Origin: Vitrella brassicaformis CCMP3155
Taxonomy: Eukaryota > Protista > Chromerida
DNA length: 64,000 bases
Direction: 5' to 3'
NCBI GenBank assembly: GCA_001179505.1
Contig: CDMY01000275.1
Location: 434,001 to 498,000, forward strand
A program made the translations under genes and the position numbers. The notes under the pieces were generated by a model. The model was given only the letters and a program-made list of their open reading frames with translations, did not search any database and was not told where the DNA came from. Positions 22,504 to 36,546 of this stretch are shown in pieces (the first letter of the stretch is position 1; every line of letters starts with the position of its first letter).

Positions 22504-25500
22504 ATGTTTGCGCGTAAGGTGGTCCCACCGAATCGGCAGGAGCCCAACAACTTCATCAACTGCGAGAACCTCAGCCCTCTCGAGAAGGCCAAGCGGTTTT
22601 CGTCCAGCAAGTTGCCGCTCCAGCGGCTGGTGCTGGTTCGGGAGCTCGTGGACATCGCACATGAGGTCGGCTACGACAACACGATGCAGCACTTGGTGCC
22701 CATACTCAAAACTCTCGCCACCGACGCGGAGAACGTGGTGCGGCAGACACTCGTGGGACAGATCGGCGATATGGCGGGCTTTCTCATCCAGTCGGACCCC
22801 GAATCAGGGTGAGCTGAGGTGGTCCGAACGAACAGCTGCGTGACGTGAGCGACACGCGCTCAACCGCGAATATCGGTGTGTTTGTGTGCAGGTATGACCG
22901 TGTAGTTGATGTGCTGTTGCCCCTGGTCCGCGACCTCTTGAGTGACCGCGCCAGTGAGGTTCGGCAGAGTGCGTGTGACACGCTGTTCATCCTCTCAAGC
23001 CACCTCAGACCAAAGGTCAGCTGACGGGGGGACCGATGGTCGGGTCGCGAAGAGAAATTGAAAGTCACCTGCGTCTCCTCTCTGCCGTCGGGCTGGGCTG
23101 CAGGAGCGCGGCACTGTGATATTGACGACAGTGTTGACTTTGGCGCACGACCCTGACGATGAGGAGGCGAGAGGCCTGGCGGTTTTTCTCCTCAACGGAC
23201 TGGCAGAGACCCTCGGCCGCGAGCTGTGTCGGCAGTTCGTGTCGATGGAGCTGCTCTGCCTCAGTGAGGACCCCGCCTGGAAAGTCAGGAAGGCCACGGC
23301 ATCCAATTTCATCGAGGTGGGTGGGTCGGGGGTGGGTCAGGAGGGCGGCGAATGAGAGGCCTCCAATAAAGAGAGGTCTTTTGTTGTCGTCCGTGTTGTT
23401 TGTTTGTGTCGCGACAGGTGTGTAAGGTGGTTGGTCGCGAGTTTGCCGCCAGTCGGCTGATCCCTGCTTTCAACCAGCTGGCACAGGACTCTGTGTGGGG
23501 CGTCCGGAAGGCATGTGCCGAGTCGTTGCTCGGCGTGGCGCAGGTATTGAAGACATACAGGATGGGATATATGCGAATACGGGCTCCCTCCAGCACAGCC
23601 GGGCGGAGACGGATGGATTGATGCGATCGATGCGTGTGTTGTGTTGTGTTGTGTTGTGTCAGGCCGTTCCTCTGGAGGTCCGCCGTGGGCCTCTCGTCCA
23701 CATAGTGCAGGCGCTGCTCCACGACGAAGCGAGGTAGACACCACACCACACCACACCAACACACCATCAACCCAACCAGCATTCAAGGTATGACGCTGCT
23801 GCATCCTGTCCTCATCCTACCATCTTGGTAGGATGGTCAAGACGGCGACCCTGCAGCAGCTGGGTCCCTTCTTGACGACTCTGGCGGCCAACCCCGTCCC
23901 CACCGACGCCACCGACCTGCAGGCCCACCTCAAGGCCACCTACCCCCGCGCACTCCTGCCGCCCCTCACACCGCCCACTGCCACCGTCTCACCCGCGCTC
24001 ACGGGATCTCCAGCCGCACCACAGCCGGGTGGTGACCATGACCACCCACAGGTGGTAGCAGAACAGCTGCTCAAGAAGGAAGGCGATGCCAGCGGCAGCA
24101 GCAGCAGTATCAGCAAGCCACCAGAGGAAGACCAGGGGACCACCACTGATGAGTGCGCGGTGCCGCTGCCCTTGCTGGAGGCGTACCTGTCTCTACCCTT
24201 TGTGCGTCTTGGTTCGGGGTCGTCCATGTCCAGCGACGGTAGTCCTGCTGGCGGCAGTGGTGGGGGCATCGGGTCGGATAGCCCCCCTGCCGCACCAACG
24301 CGGCGGGGCGGCGGGGTCGGCGCACGCAAGACGATCGGCAAGGCGGGAGGCAGCCCAGGAGGGGAGGCGACCGGCGGAGGGAACACAGCTGCCAATGGTA
24401 CCAACCAACGACAAGACAGCAACGCGCCTCGAGGTCGATCCATTCATTACATCTGTCTGTTTGTCTGTTGTGTTGTCTGTCGTTCTGTCTTTCTCAGTTG
24501 AGGCCGCGTCATGGTGCGCGTATTCGTTTGCGGGTGTATTGCTGACTGCGGGTGCGGCCCACTGGCCCATGATGGGCCACGCATTCCGCCGGTTGGCACG
24601 GCACACCAGCCCCCGGGTCCGCAAGCCCCTCGCCGCATCTCTCCATACCATCGCACACATACTCGCCAGCCACTACAAGGTCGACATGGCCAACAGCAAG
24701 AACACCCAAGATACGGACGAGGCGACAGAGGAGCAGCAGCCGGCCAGCGATGATGTGCCAGAGAAGGAGGGTCAGGAGAGTGCTCTCGAGCCGCCTGAGG
24801 TGACCACACAGACCACCGAGAATCCGCCAGCAGAGGCGGGGGAGAAGGAGGGCCCGTTGAATGAGGATGACGACGATCGGTGGAGCGTGGACCGGTTCCA
24901 GATGGACAGCGACTCGGCAGACGAGGGCGACAACGGCGATGAGGACGAGAGTGGACTGACTGAGGACGAGCGGAGGCAGCGGGGGTGGCGCAGGAGCCTG
25001 GCCCTGCTGACCGAGACGCTCGACGGGCTCCTCCACGACCCATCCCCCGACGTCAAGGTGAGTGAGAGGGGAGACGAGACGTGTGGATACATACGTACCA
25101 CACGCCGCCATGCCATGTGTGTGGTCGTGCTGTGCTGCTGGTGCACTCACTGCAGTTGGCGGCCTTGTCGGGTTTGAGTGACATCCTCAAGGTCATGCCC
25201 AGTGGCCCACAGAGACTCAAATACATTGGGGTAGCTACGAATAAGCGGAAGCACCGCATCAGACCAGATGGCACCAATGCAGCTCGGTCTGGCCATCCAT
25301 CTCAGGTTTTGGGTGAGTTGTTGCTGCGGGCTCGGCACAACTGGCGGATTCGGGAAAGTGTCGCACAGCAGATGGCCGTAAGAAGTCTTGCAGCACGAGA
25401 CGAGACTCACATGTGACAGTGTCCGTGTCAGTCAGTCATTACATGTTTGTTGCTGTATGTGTGTGTGTATAGGGCATGTGTGAGCTGGTGGCTGACACGA

Positions 25501-28500
25501 CCATCGTTCGACACGAAATACTGCCGCTCGTCATCAAGTAAGTAATTCAAAAGAGACACACATCGCATCGCATCGCATCGCATCTATCATCATATCCTGG
25601 TGCTTATGGTGCTGTGTGTGTGTGTCGCCTCCCTCCCATCCAGGTTGTGTCAGGACTCGGTCGCCGCCGTCCGCAAAGCCGCTGTTGCCTGCATCCCGCT
25701 CGTCCTCAAACATGCCTGCCCCGACCTGTGGCAGTATTTTTCCACTCGCGGACAAGTGCCACTGTCAGAGCTGCTCATGAACGCCAGACCCCCACCCGCC
25801 CCACCCTCAGAACCATCAGACACCCGCAGTGGGCCCTCGTCCACAGCGACAGGAGCATCATCCGAGCAGCAGGCGGTGGCCAGGCCGAGCAAGCCATCGC
25901 GGCCGCCCCCACCTTCCCGGCACCGTCCACCGCCGAGGGAGCCGCCCCCTCGGCCGCCTGTGCCGAGACGGATCGACGAAAGGCCCAAGCGTGATGACAG
26001 ACGGCCGCCAGCGCCCCCGCGTGAGGCGGATAGGGACAGGAGAAGCAGGGGCGACGGTGATGTCGTGGCAAGGGGCGAGGAGAGGCGTGGCAGCGGGTTT
26101 GTGGGGTCGTGCCCTCCGCCGCTGACCACAGGGCCCGAGGTGGCGGTCATTTGGATACTCCTCAAGACATTCGCAAGGTCAGATAGTCAACAAGAGAATG
26201 AATGTCTCGATCCCATTGATTGCACTCACTGCACATGATGGTTTGCCTGCCTGCCTGCCATTTGTTTGTTCAGGAGCACGACGTTCCACCAGCGTCAGAC
26301 GTTCATCCACATGTGCGACCTGATCATCCGCGAGGCGCCCCGTGGCATCTTCCAGCTCTACTTCCTGCGGCCCCTGGCGCGCCTCTCGGGCGACCCCGTG
26401 CCCAACGTGCGGGGCGTGTGGGCGACAACCATGGCACTGCATGTCAGGGAAACCGGCAGACTCGGCAGAAACGCACTGGTCAGTATAGTGAGCCTTGCAG
26501 GGAGGAAGGATGGATTGAACACAATTATGACTCCTTTCTTTCTCTGTGTGTGTCGGGGTCAGATGGTGTGTGCTGCCTTGAGCATGGCTGGTGTGGACGG
26601 CGACCGTGAGGTCAAGCGGGTGTTTTCTGGCGTGCCGTTCGTCAAGGAGAGGGAGTTGGAGGCGGCTGACGGCTTCGACATCGAAGACCTCACTCCACGG
26701 CAAATCAGCCCACTCCCATCAGGTACCTACAAGACGGACACAGCACAGCACAGCACAGCACAGCCACCAACACATGGATCACTCTCCCTGCCGTCTATAA
26801 TGCAATCGCAGTGTCTGATCGGGGGGCCCCTGGCACAGGCGAGAGCGAGGACTCGGACGCCGGCAACGCAGACTGGGAAGGAGACGAAGACCACGGAGGA
26901 TTCGGCGGCCCCGGCGCCACAGGAGGACCCACGGCCCTCCAGAATGCTGCTGTGCCCGCCGGACCATCGCAAGGACCCCCTCCGCAACCTGACGGAGCTC
27001 CCGGCTCGCCGCCACCACCCCCTCCCTCACCGCCACTCGTGGACTTCCTGGAGGCCCACCCACTATCGAATCGCATGGAGGACAAGGACGGCTCCCCATC
27101 CACAGCGGGGTCAGCATCGTGCTCGTCGACGGAGGGCAACAGCCCTGGCCTGACTCCACCGCCCAAGCCGCCCGGCCCCTCGCCCACTCTGCCGCTGGAT
27201 GGAGTGGCGGGGCCAGGGCGGGTCGCCAGCGACGTCAAGCTGCCGCCATCCGTTGATGACAGCCCGACAGAGGACGACAGCAAGGCGGCCGCGTCACACG
27301 CCCATTCCCCTTCCGAGCCAGCACAGTCCAGCACCAGTCTGGACGACTTGGATTTTGTGCCCCGTCCGTCAGAGAGGTTGTCGATTGGCAACGGCGATGC
27401 ACCCGAGTTGTCCATGACACGATCGGCCAGGTGTACATCGCCCCCACTGGGCCAGGGGGGCGAGGGCGATGGGCCGATGCCCCTCGGCCTCGACAGCCTG
27501 CGGGACGGCAGCGACAGGCCGCTGGACAGGACACCGCGGCCATCTGTCGACGGCTCGTCATCCCCCCCCTTCGGTGCGGGGGAGCCTGAGAGCGAGGAAG
27601 CGCCCGAGCTGATCCGCGAGATGAACGAGGTGCCCAAGCTGTCGCTCTCGCGGCGATCGGTGGGCGGCCTGGGCGGCGACGGTAGCAGCCCCAACATGAG
27701 GGGCAGGAGCAGCCCCACTGACAGGGAGGGCAGGGGCGGGTCATCACGCGGCGACAGCCCTGGCAGTGGGTCGGGCACCTCCCCGTTCTTTCCAATGCTG
27801 ATGCCTGACGAGCCATTGCGGGATCGGGATTTCTCACTCATGGCCAGGGGCGGTGGGCCATCGTCAAGCAGCCCCACCAGAAGACGAGGCAGCACGAGCG
27901 ACGCCTCTCCTCGCAAGGGGTCGTCCCCGCCGTCCAGCAATCGCAAAGGCTCAGGTACCCCCCGGCCCGCTCCACCCGCAACAGCACCACTGCATCAGCA
28001 GGACAAACAGCTGAGTACCTCTCCGCCTTATCTGAACTCGTCAGCTCTCGCACTCACGCCGCCGTCCCTTGCCCTGCCAGACCTGGCCGCATCGCAGCTG
28101 CAGCGAGCCACACAAGCCGCCAAGGCAGCTGAGGCCTCTCTCCCAAGGTACCCGCCATCGCCCACCAACGCCCTCTCACAACAACAGCAACAGCCCGACC
28201 GGCTGTCGCCCACGAGACGCGTTCCGGCGCCCCCGCCGGCCGTCTTGTCGTCTGATGCACCACCGTCTCCTGCTGCCCCAGGTCGGCACAGCCACCCCGC
28301 CATCACCCCTGATGGCAGACAAGAGCGGCCGCAAGCATCATCATTATCGACATTACCGTCGATGAGTGCCGATGCAGTAGAGGGAGCCGAGGGGCAGCGG
28401 GGCAGTGTGGTGAGCACCGATGAAAGTAGTGGGCCGAGTAGCGGGAAGCGGAGTGTCGACGGGGTGGAGCGAGGGGCGGGGGAGGACGATAAACAGGGCG

Positions 28501-28508
28501 ATGAGTGA
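22504..28508 (+). CDS. PPP4R1: HEAT-repeat protein phosphatase 4 regulatory subunit 1-like, with long low-complexity insertions and tail
   Basis: ENLSPLEKAKRF..LQRLVLVREL, EVRQSACDTL, LLCLSEDPAWKVRKATASNF, LAQDSVWGVRKACAESL, WRIRESVAQQ, FHQRQTFIHMC, DPVPNVR. The last exon is ORF 26811-28508. Confidence 0.8.
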
Positions 28509-29455
28509 GTGAGTTGAGTGGGTAATAGATCGCGTCGATCGACTTATGGCCTGCCTATTTGTCAAGGAAATATTGGAAGCGTGTTGTGCATGTGATGTGG
28601 CTGTCTTTTCTTCCCTTCTGACCACTCCCGTGACGACGTCGCTCGCGCATCGAGTCAGGGAGCGTGTGATATCGTTGCCTGGAGTGGCTTGAAGAGAAGA
28701 AGGGAAAGGCACCGCTGTTCGGTTGACCCATTGGATGGATGGATGGATGGAACCGGCAGTTTTGTTCATGGTTAGACAGACACACATGTTTGGCGATCGA
28801 TGCTCAAGAGTACATCAGTAAGGGGTTTGCATGAGCCAGCCACACGAGCTCTCTTGTCCTGCCGGCAGGACCTCACGCACTCGTCCAGTCCATCGGCGAG
28901 TGCCACATGTCACGACTCTCGAGGTCATTCGGCACGCCCTCCCACCCGCGGACAGGACAAACGTCACAAATATATCCAGCAGGTAGGCAGACGCACGCAG
29001 GCAGGCAGACAGGCAGGCAGGCCAATGCATTCAATGCAGGGCAGCTCAGGCAGTCAGTGTAGGTAGAGATTAAGATTACACAGACAGACAGCAAACATCT
29101 CGGCCTGTCCTCGGAATGCCTCGCTCTCTCCAGATTCGCGCGAGCATTTGAGTTTCATAGCATCGCCAAGAATGGCATGCGACAAAACTCAAGTCACCCA
29201 GACGAATCGGCAAAGAGCCAAGCACGCAAAAGAAGCCACTGGGTCGTCACGGGCGCTGGATGGTACAACACACCACACCACACCACAGCACCGATTTGTC
29301 TGTCTGCTTCAACACCCCCAAACAAACCCATTTCTTCCCATCCCCTAAACCCCACCCATACAATCCCAGCCCAGCCCAGCCCACAGATAACACATACATC
29401 AGCTCGTGTGGCCGGCGGTCGGGTCGGGTCAGTCACTAGTGAGTGCATCCATAAG

Positions 29456-32400
29456 TTAGTTAGCGTCCTTGAGCTGTTTGAGCTCGAAACGGCGCGGCAG
29501 AATCTCCTGCTCGATGCCCTGGATGGATGGTATGTGCCCAGAACACACACACACACATTGGATTGGCATAGTCGCATCATGACAGTGTCTCGTCTGTCTC
29601 TTGCTTGTGACCTGGACGACGAATGACTTGAGCATGTCTGGCGCATCCGGCACGTCGAGCTTCAACTGACGAACGAACCACCAGTGCAGTGCACGCACAC
29701 ACAGACAGAGAGAGAGAGGTAAGGAAGGTCACACCCGACCCGACCCGACCCGACCCCTGTATGTCTCTGTGTATGTGTACGGTAGGTACCTCATGCAGTC
29801 GGTCGGCGGTGTCGTTGAATCCCCGAATGATGTCGTCGGCATGCAGCTCCTTGGCGTCCTTCAAATGAGATATCAAACCCAGCGCAGCTGTGTGCATCAA
29901 TCACAACAGGAGAGGACACACGCCAGACAACATAACCCAACCCCACCCCGTGGCTTGGCTTGCATGATCCATGGGATGGAGGGGCACTACATACACTTGC
30001 CTTCGCACTCTCTGCCGCTGCGTTCCATGGCGAGTGAGATGGTTTTGCGGACGAGTTCGGCAGCCTGTGGGGGCGCCAGGTCCATCTCCTTGACGCACCG
30101 GAGGGCCTCATCCTTCTCGAGCGAATCGAAATACTCCAGGATCGTCGTGTGCAACTGACCACACCACGCGACACAGAAACAGGTGTACTGTACCCATGTG
30201 TGTGTGTGTATGATGTGGTTGCCTTGCCCTCACCTCTTCCTTGAATCGCATGGCCTCGTCAGACGTGGGGTCAACACCTGTCCAGATCTGCACACAAGGG
30301 ACGGACAACACAAGGGAGGGGATGGGCCCACCCAGTTCAGTTGTCTGTCTGTCTGTCTACCTTTCTGAATCGTGCGGTGAGGCACTTCTCTCCCTCGGAC
30401 AGCAACGCCATGGCCTTGCGCGCCACATCCATACCCGACGTGCCACCCACACGCAGACGCAACGCATTCTGTCCATCCACAATGTGACACATTGCATTGC
30501 ATCGCAACATCAATCACATTTGAATGGACTGGATGGACATGAGCCTCTCCCGTCTCGTGTCGTCCCCCTCCCTCCCCTCCCCTCCCTCCATCTGGCCGGA
30601 CCGACCTGCAGGAATATGGGCGGCAGGATCTCGTCAACCACCGCCCTCAACTGCACACAGCAAACCAAACCAACCAACAGCACAAACAAAAAGCCAGCTG
30701 GCCGTTGTGTTTGCCATGCCATCCACTCCACTGGCTCCCCTGGCTTCACCCAGGCTGGGCTGACCATGAAGTTAAGTAGGTATTCGGGGGCTCTGGGGCA
30801 GTCGAGTGTCCAGTCGTCCATGGCAGCCATCAGCCGCGAGAAGGCCAGCTGGATGTCGTCACCCTTGACCTCCTTGCCGTAGATCGACGACAGCAAACTT
30901 GACACTATCTCGCGGTGGCTGCACAGCACACAACACACATTCATACATCCATCCCCAGCCAACGGGGAGAGGGCTGGGCCATTTACTTTATAGGATGTGA
31001 TGTGTGTGATCCATGTCATGACTGACATGCACCTTACTCACCGGTCGCTTCTGTCGCATGAGGCGGTGATGAGTTTCTTGACGAACTCGTGCTGGAACGA
31101 CACCGGCGACGAAGCGGACGACTCGGACAGCGTCTGCAATGCATTGCAATGCACCCAAACATGATGTACATACAGGCGATCCATTGAATTGATGCCTGTG
31201 AAGGGTGGGTTTGTTGTGCGGCTCACTGACTCGTTTGACTTCATCTTCGCCGCCTCCCTCAAGGAACTCGTCCACACACTCAGCCATCTTGCCCCTGTAC
31301 GCCACCAACCTGCACACACACACATACAGTGAGTGTGTGAGATGGATCGTGTGTGGCGTGGGGTGCGTCTCCGTGTTGGTTCAGTTCACGTACTGGTCGA
31401 GTTGTTCCTTGAGTTGTGGGTATTCCCTCTGGTTGTCCTCTGTCTCCATCAGGGCTCTCAGGAACTGCTGCGGGTACCGGTGGGCGAACGAGGCGTCCAG
31501 GCACCCGTCAGCTATGGCGCAGTCGATGAACGACACCAACTGCTCGCGGAAACCGGGGTCGTCCTGACACACGTGAAACAAACAAACGCATGTGTGACAT
31601 TTAAGACAACCACACGCAATGCACCCTTGGCTTGGTAGGTGGGCCTGCCTCGTGTGTGAGTGTACCAGTACGATATCGTCGGCCCTCTGGATGAGTTTCT
31701 CGAACCCCCTGGTGAGGTGCTGCTTCGTCAACACGTGGCTGTCGTACATGACCGTCAACAACGCAGCTGATGGCACAATACAATCACATCACACATTCAC
31801 ACACACATTCTGTCAGCAAGTCTGACGTATCACCACTTCAGTGCAGTGCAGTCAGTGCGTTTGTGTAGACGAGATGAGTGGCTGCGGTGCGGTGGGCTGA
31901 CCGTACATGTGAGTTGCTGTGCCTTGGTGTCCCTGTCGCAGGCCCGCAGGACGACCCTGGCGACGAGGTCGTCGTAAAAAGACGGGCAGTTGAGTGCCTT
32001 CAGGGCCTCAGTCGCCTCGGCGCTGTCCTCGTTGGTCAGGTACTCATCCAATATCAACGGCCAGCGGCTCGAAAACTCCTCGTAGTTGATCACCTGCAGC
32101 ACAGGCAATGGATGGATGGATGAAAGGGCATATGATGGCATGCATGGTCAAGTGAGTGCTGGCTGTGGCTGTCTTGTTGGTTGGTTGGTTGGTGGCTAAG
32201 CTCCCCCACCGACCGGTTTGTCGTGTGCGGATTTCTCCCCGTGGTAGCTGGACGAGTGCCGCCCCTTGTCCTGGAAGGTGCGCGACAGGTCCATCTCAAC
32301 CAACACATAGTCGTCCTGACATATTGGTGCAATCAATGCAGACAACACACACACATACACACACACATTGAGTGCTTACCAACACACACCGTGTGTTGTG

Positions 32401-32669
32401 TGTCTGCCCACCCCACGCGCCTCGCCTGTCTCCGCGGTGGATGACGTACGATTGTGCATTCATTTCATGTGTACCTACCTCTCCTTCGCTGTCATAGTTG
32501 GGGTCGTGTGAGTCGATGGGCTTGGCGACGGCCTCCAGCTGGTCACGCACCTGGTTGGTCTTCTTGCCTGGGTCATCGAGTGAGGCAGACAGACAGATCT
32601 CAATCATATGAGCGCTTCGGCCATCTGGATGGCCACCCCACCATCCTTACCGATGATCTTCTCGTACAT
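29456..32669 (-). CDS. MA3-domain translation regulator (PDCD4/MRF-like), apparently four MA3 domains
   Basis: IDSHDPNYDSEGE; ILDEYLTNEDSAEA; RGFEKLIQRADDIVLDDP; FQHEFVKKLI; AFSRLMAAMDDWTLDCPRAPEYL; ILEYFDSLEKDEA; LKLDVPDAPDML. Confidence 0.85.
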
Positions 32670-32931
32670 CGTGGGTGGGCGTTGGATGAGATGAGAGGGA
32701 GGGCCTCGAGGAGGGCGCACACCCGCCTCCTCACTCACGAGTGGGCCGGCTGCAACGGTGGTCTTCGAATGTGAGGAGCTGCCACGTGGTCGTGCGCCAG
32801 TCAGCTTGGCGGTGTGGCTAACTGCCGCCTGCACTGGGCAGTGCCTGGCGATGCGCAGAGGCCGCCAAGGCTCAGATTTTGAAGAGCCAACGATCGCCCA
32901 CCTGCGAGCTAAGCTGAGGAGGTGGTCCGAG

Positions 32932-35842
32932 ATGCTGAGTCAGCTGGTGGCAGCGCTTTTCACGTTCGGCCGTTCAGCGGTGTGTGAGGATCTTTCGTCC
33001 TATCCGCCGCCGAGGAGGAAGTCGGGTGTGGATCTCACTGCATCTTTCGTCGCTGCGAGAGCAGGAGTGCCGCTGCACTCATGGACAAAGCTTACCCATC
33101 TCAAGCATGCTCGTCGGCATGTGCGTGTTTTCAACACGCGGAGGAAGCGCAAGAGCAGGGAGGCTGCGGGGTTTGAGGAGGCTCTCGGCCTCAACAACGC
33201 CGCTGAGAACAAGGCGCCGGTGCCCCACAGCCGCGTCATCGATGGACTTTATGAGTTCGAAGGCACAGAGCCATCCGAAGGTGACTGACAAGCACTCTCA
33301 CACTCACACTCACACGTGGTGACTCTCCCTAACATACATGGCATTCCGACTCTTTGTATCAGGCTTCGGCGACGTGCCACGCACCACCATCCCCCTGACG
33401 CCCCCAGAAGACCCTCCGCGGCCGGCTCGTCAGTCCACCGTGCCCGCCACCAAGAAGCGAGCGCAGCTGCTAGAGCACAAAACGTGGAACTTCAACCAGC
33501 AGGACAGAGATGAGGAGGGCACCCTGCAGTCCCACCCAGACAGCCGGAGGGGCTTGAAGAACGACCCCGAGTGGCAGTTCTTCGACACGGCCAAGATCAA
33601 CGTCAAGGCGGGCGACGGCGGCAACGGCTGCTGCTCCTTCAGACGCGAGAAGTATGTTCCCCTGGGCGGCCCTGATGGCGGGACTGGTGGGAGGGGCGGG
33701 TCGGTGGTGCTGGAGGCCGACCCCAACATCAATACGCTCTACCGCTTCAGGCGCCAGGTGCACTGGAAGGCCCAGAGCGGAGGACACGGCGGCAGCAAAA
33801 ACAAAATGGGGGTGAGGGAGGGGAGCCACACTGACCTGAACCGCGTCACGCCGCCGACATGTCATATGTGCCGTGTCTGGTGGTGCGTGTGTGGGTGCCG
33901 TGGCGTGCCCTGCCCTTCAGGAGTCAGGGTCTGATTTGGTGGTGATTGTGCCGCCGGGCACTGTGGTCCGGGACGAGGAGGGGCGGCTGGCAGGCGAACT
34001 GCGCAGACAGGGAGACCGACTCACGGTAGGTACGGTAAGATGCACAGACATAAAGACACAAGATCAATGAATGCCTCACCGCTCCTTGATCTGATCTGAT
34101 CTATCAGGTTGCCCGAGGCGGGCGTGGGGGTCGCGGCAACGCCTCCTTCAAGACGCAGGCCAACAACGCCCCGAAGCTGGCCGAGAAGGGCGAGAGGGGC
34201 ACCTGCCGCTGGATCAACCTGGAGCTCAAGATCGTGGCCGACGTGGGGCTGGTGGGGTGCCCCAACGCCGGCAAGAGCACACTGCTGTCGGTGGTCAGCA
34301 ACGCCAAACCAAAGATAGCCGACTACCCCTTCACCACAGTGGTGCCCAACCTGGGTGTGTGCGACATGCCTGAGGTGCTCTCTGCCGGTGATGGGAGGGG
34401 CATGGTGCTGGCCGACATCCCAGGGCTGCTGGAGGGGGCGCATCGGGGAGTGGGCCTCGGGATGGCCTTCCTCCGTCACGTCGAGCGGTGCAAAATCATC
34501 CTGCACATCATCAATGGAGACAGCCCGGTGAGGGAGGGAATGAGGGCACCACAGCACAGCCAATGGCACAAGTGGCGAGGCGCGGGATCGTGTCTCTGTG
34601 CGCCTTGCAGGACCCCGTGGGCGATTTCCATGCCATCAATCAGGAGCTGCTGTTCTTCAACCCACAACTCGCGAAGAAACCACAGGTAGATAGATCCGCA
34701 TGGCAGCCATCGATAGATCGTGTTGATTGACGTTTTGTGCGTATGTGTGTGTATGTGTGTGTGTGTGTGTGTGTGTAGGTGGTGGTGCTGAACAAGATCG
34801 ACCTGCCTCATGTGCGGGAGCGGCTTCCGGCACTGCAGGAGGAGATTCAGGCCACCCTCAACCACACGCGATTCCTCGCCATATCAGCACTGACTCGCGA
34901 GCGTGTGCCTGAGCTAATGATGCGGCTCAGAAAACTCGCAAACCACATCGCCGAGACCGAAAAAGGTGGCTAGCCGTGGCATGGCAACACACAGCGCAAG
35001 ACGGCCGGTCCCCACTGTCTCGGTGTGCGTTGTGTTGTGTGGCGTCAGATGTCGACTTTGGTTGGGTGGCCGACGGTGGTGGTGCTGGTGGAGAGGACCG
35101 TGTGGACTTCGAGCGTCTTGACCAGGGGTCGGTGCTCGACGGGGAGTTCGTCATTGAGGCCGACCCCGTCAACTTCCCTGGTATGTATGTATGTGATGTG
35201 TGGTGTGCATCCCATGCACCATCTCGTGCGTGGAGTGGCGTGCATTCAGCCCAGCCGTACACGAACGAAACGAATGGTTGATTTGATTGGTCGCTAAAAT
35301 AGGTCAGTATCGTGTGGTGGGTCGGACCATCGAGCGTGTGGTGGACATGACCAACTGGGACTACTACGAGTCCACACTCAGATTCAAACGAATACTCGAT
35401 GCCACCGGCATCACCAAGGTCAGACACACACTGCACGTGCGCGGGCTGGATGGATGGATGTTGTGTGTTTGTGCAGGCGCTGCACGCTGCTGGTGCCGAG
35501 GCGGGTGACTTGGTCATGATAGGTGACCTCGACTTCGAGTTCGCACCCGAAGACGACACAGAATGCAACCGCACGCCGAAAAGGTAACAGAGGTGGTCAG
35601 ACCGTAGTATCCTGCTCGACGATGGCATGGGTGACTCTGATGGATGCTGGGGTGCTTTGTCTGTGTGTTCTGGCGGGCCAGGAGTGCTGGCTCATTGGCG
35701 AAGGAGATCGAGAGGCACGACAATGAGCCTGGACAAGGTAGGTACACAGGAAGCCGACGCGTCCAGGATCGGCCCCGCATGGTGTGCTATGTTGTGTTGT
35801 GTTGTGTCAGTGCCTCCGCCCCCATGGACCGTCAAGAAGTGA
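32932..35842 (+). CDS. obgE: Obg/CgtA GTPase with a C-terminal OCT domain and an N-terminal organellar (probably plastid) leader
   Basis: [113 protein letters not shown]. Confidence 0.93.
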
Positions 35843-36546
35843 ATGAAGTCCAGTGCATGCCATGTGGTGCGTGTGCCTGTCGATACCTCTATCTAGTCTG
35901 AGTGTGTGTCAAGCTTTAGTAAGATGTGGCATTGGTTGGTGTGAGGACATTTATGTGTACGTGACTGACGAGAAAACATTCACATAATAAAGTAGTAGGT
36001 ATGTATGCGGTCCGGTCCACACACGCCAGCGACACCTGACCACGTGGTGATGTCGTTCATCTCACCATCGACCCCATCCGACCCAAACGGAGGGATGCGT
36101 GTGCACACGCATCTGACCGCATCGGACTGATGGAGCGGACGCAGAGACTAACGAGAAGCCACCGCCACGATAGCACCCCACGGCACCGCATGCCGTCCAT
36201 CCATATCAAGTCTCTCTCGACGGCGACCAGCACACACGCGACGACGGTACACAGACGCTCTTGCCTACCAGATACCGTACCGTACAGCGCTATCGCTCAA
36301 TCTGGAACACAACCATCCCATCCCACCCACCCGGCGTGACACAATGAGCCATACGAACAACCTAGTGCCGACCGACCGACCACCGCACAAACAAACACAC
36401 TGACTGACTGACACACAAATACATACAGACACACACACACAGACAGCATGTGTCCCCCTTCCGCTTTGTTTGCCCTCCATTGTCTGTCTGTCTGTCTGTC
36501 TGCAGTGTCTGTCATTCATTCCCCCATCGGTCCCTCCCTCAAGGCC

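Noticed and set aside
21417-22528. ORFs spanning the N-runs (also 62892-63707)
   Set aside because: They are open only because N codons contain no stops.
26795-27946. 383-aa minus-strand ORF and similar long antisense ORFs (12768-13979, 24509-25150, 42310-42774, 53341-53829)
   Set aside because: They are shadows of GC-rich coding exons on the opposite strand and carry no independent motifs.
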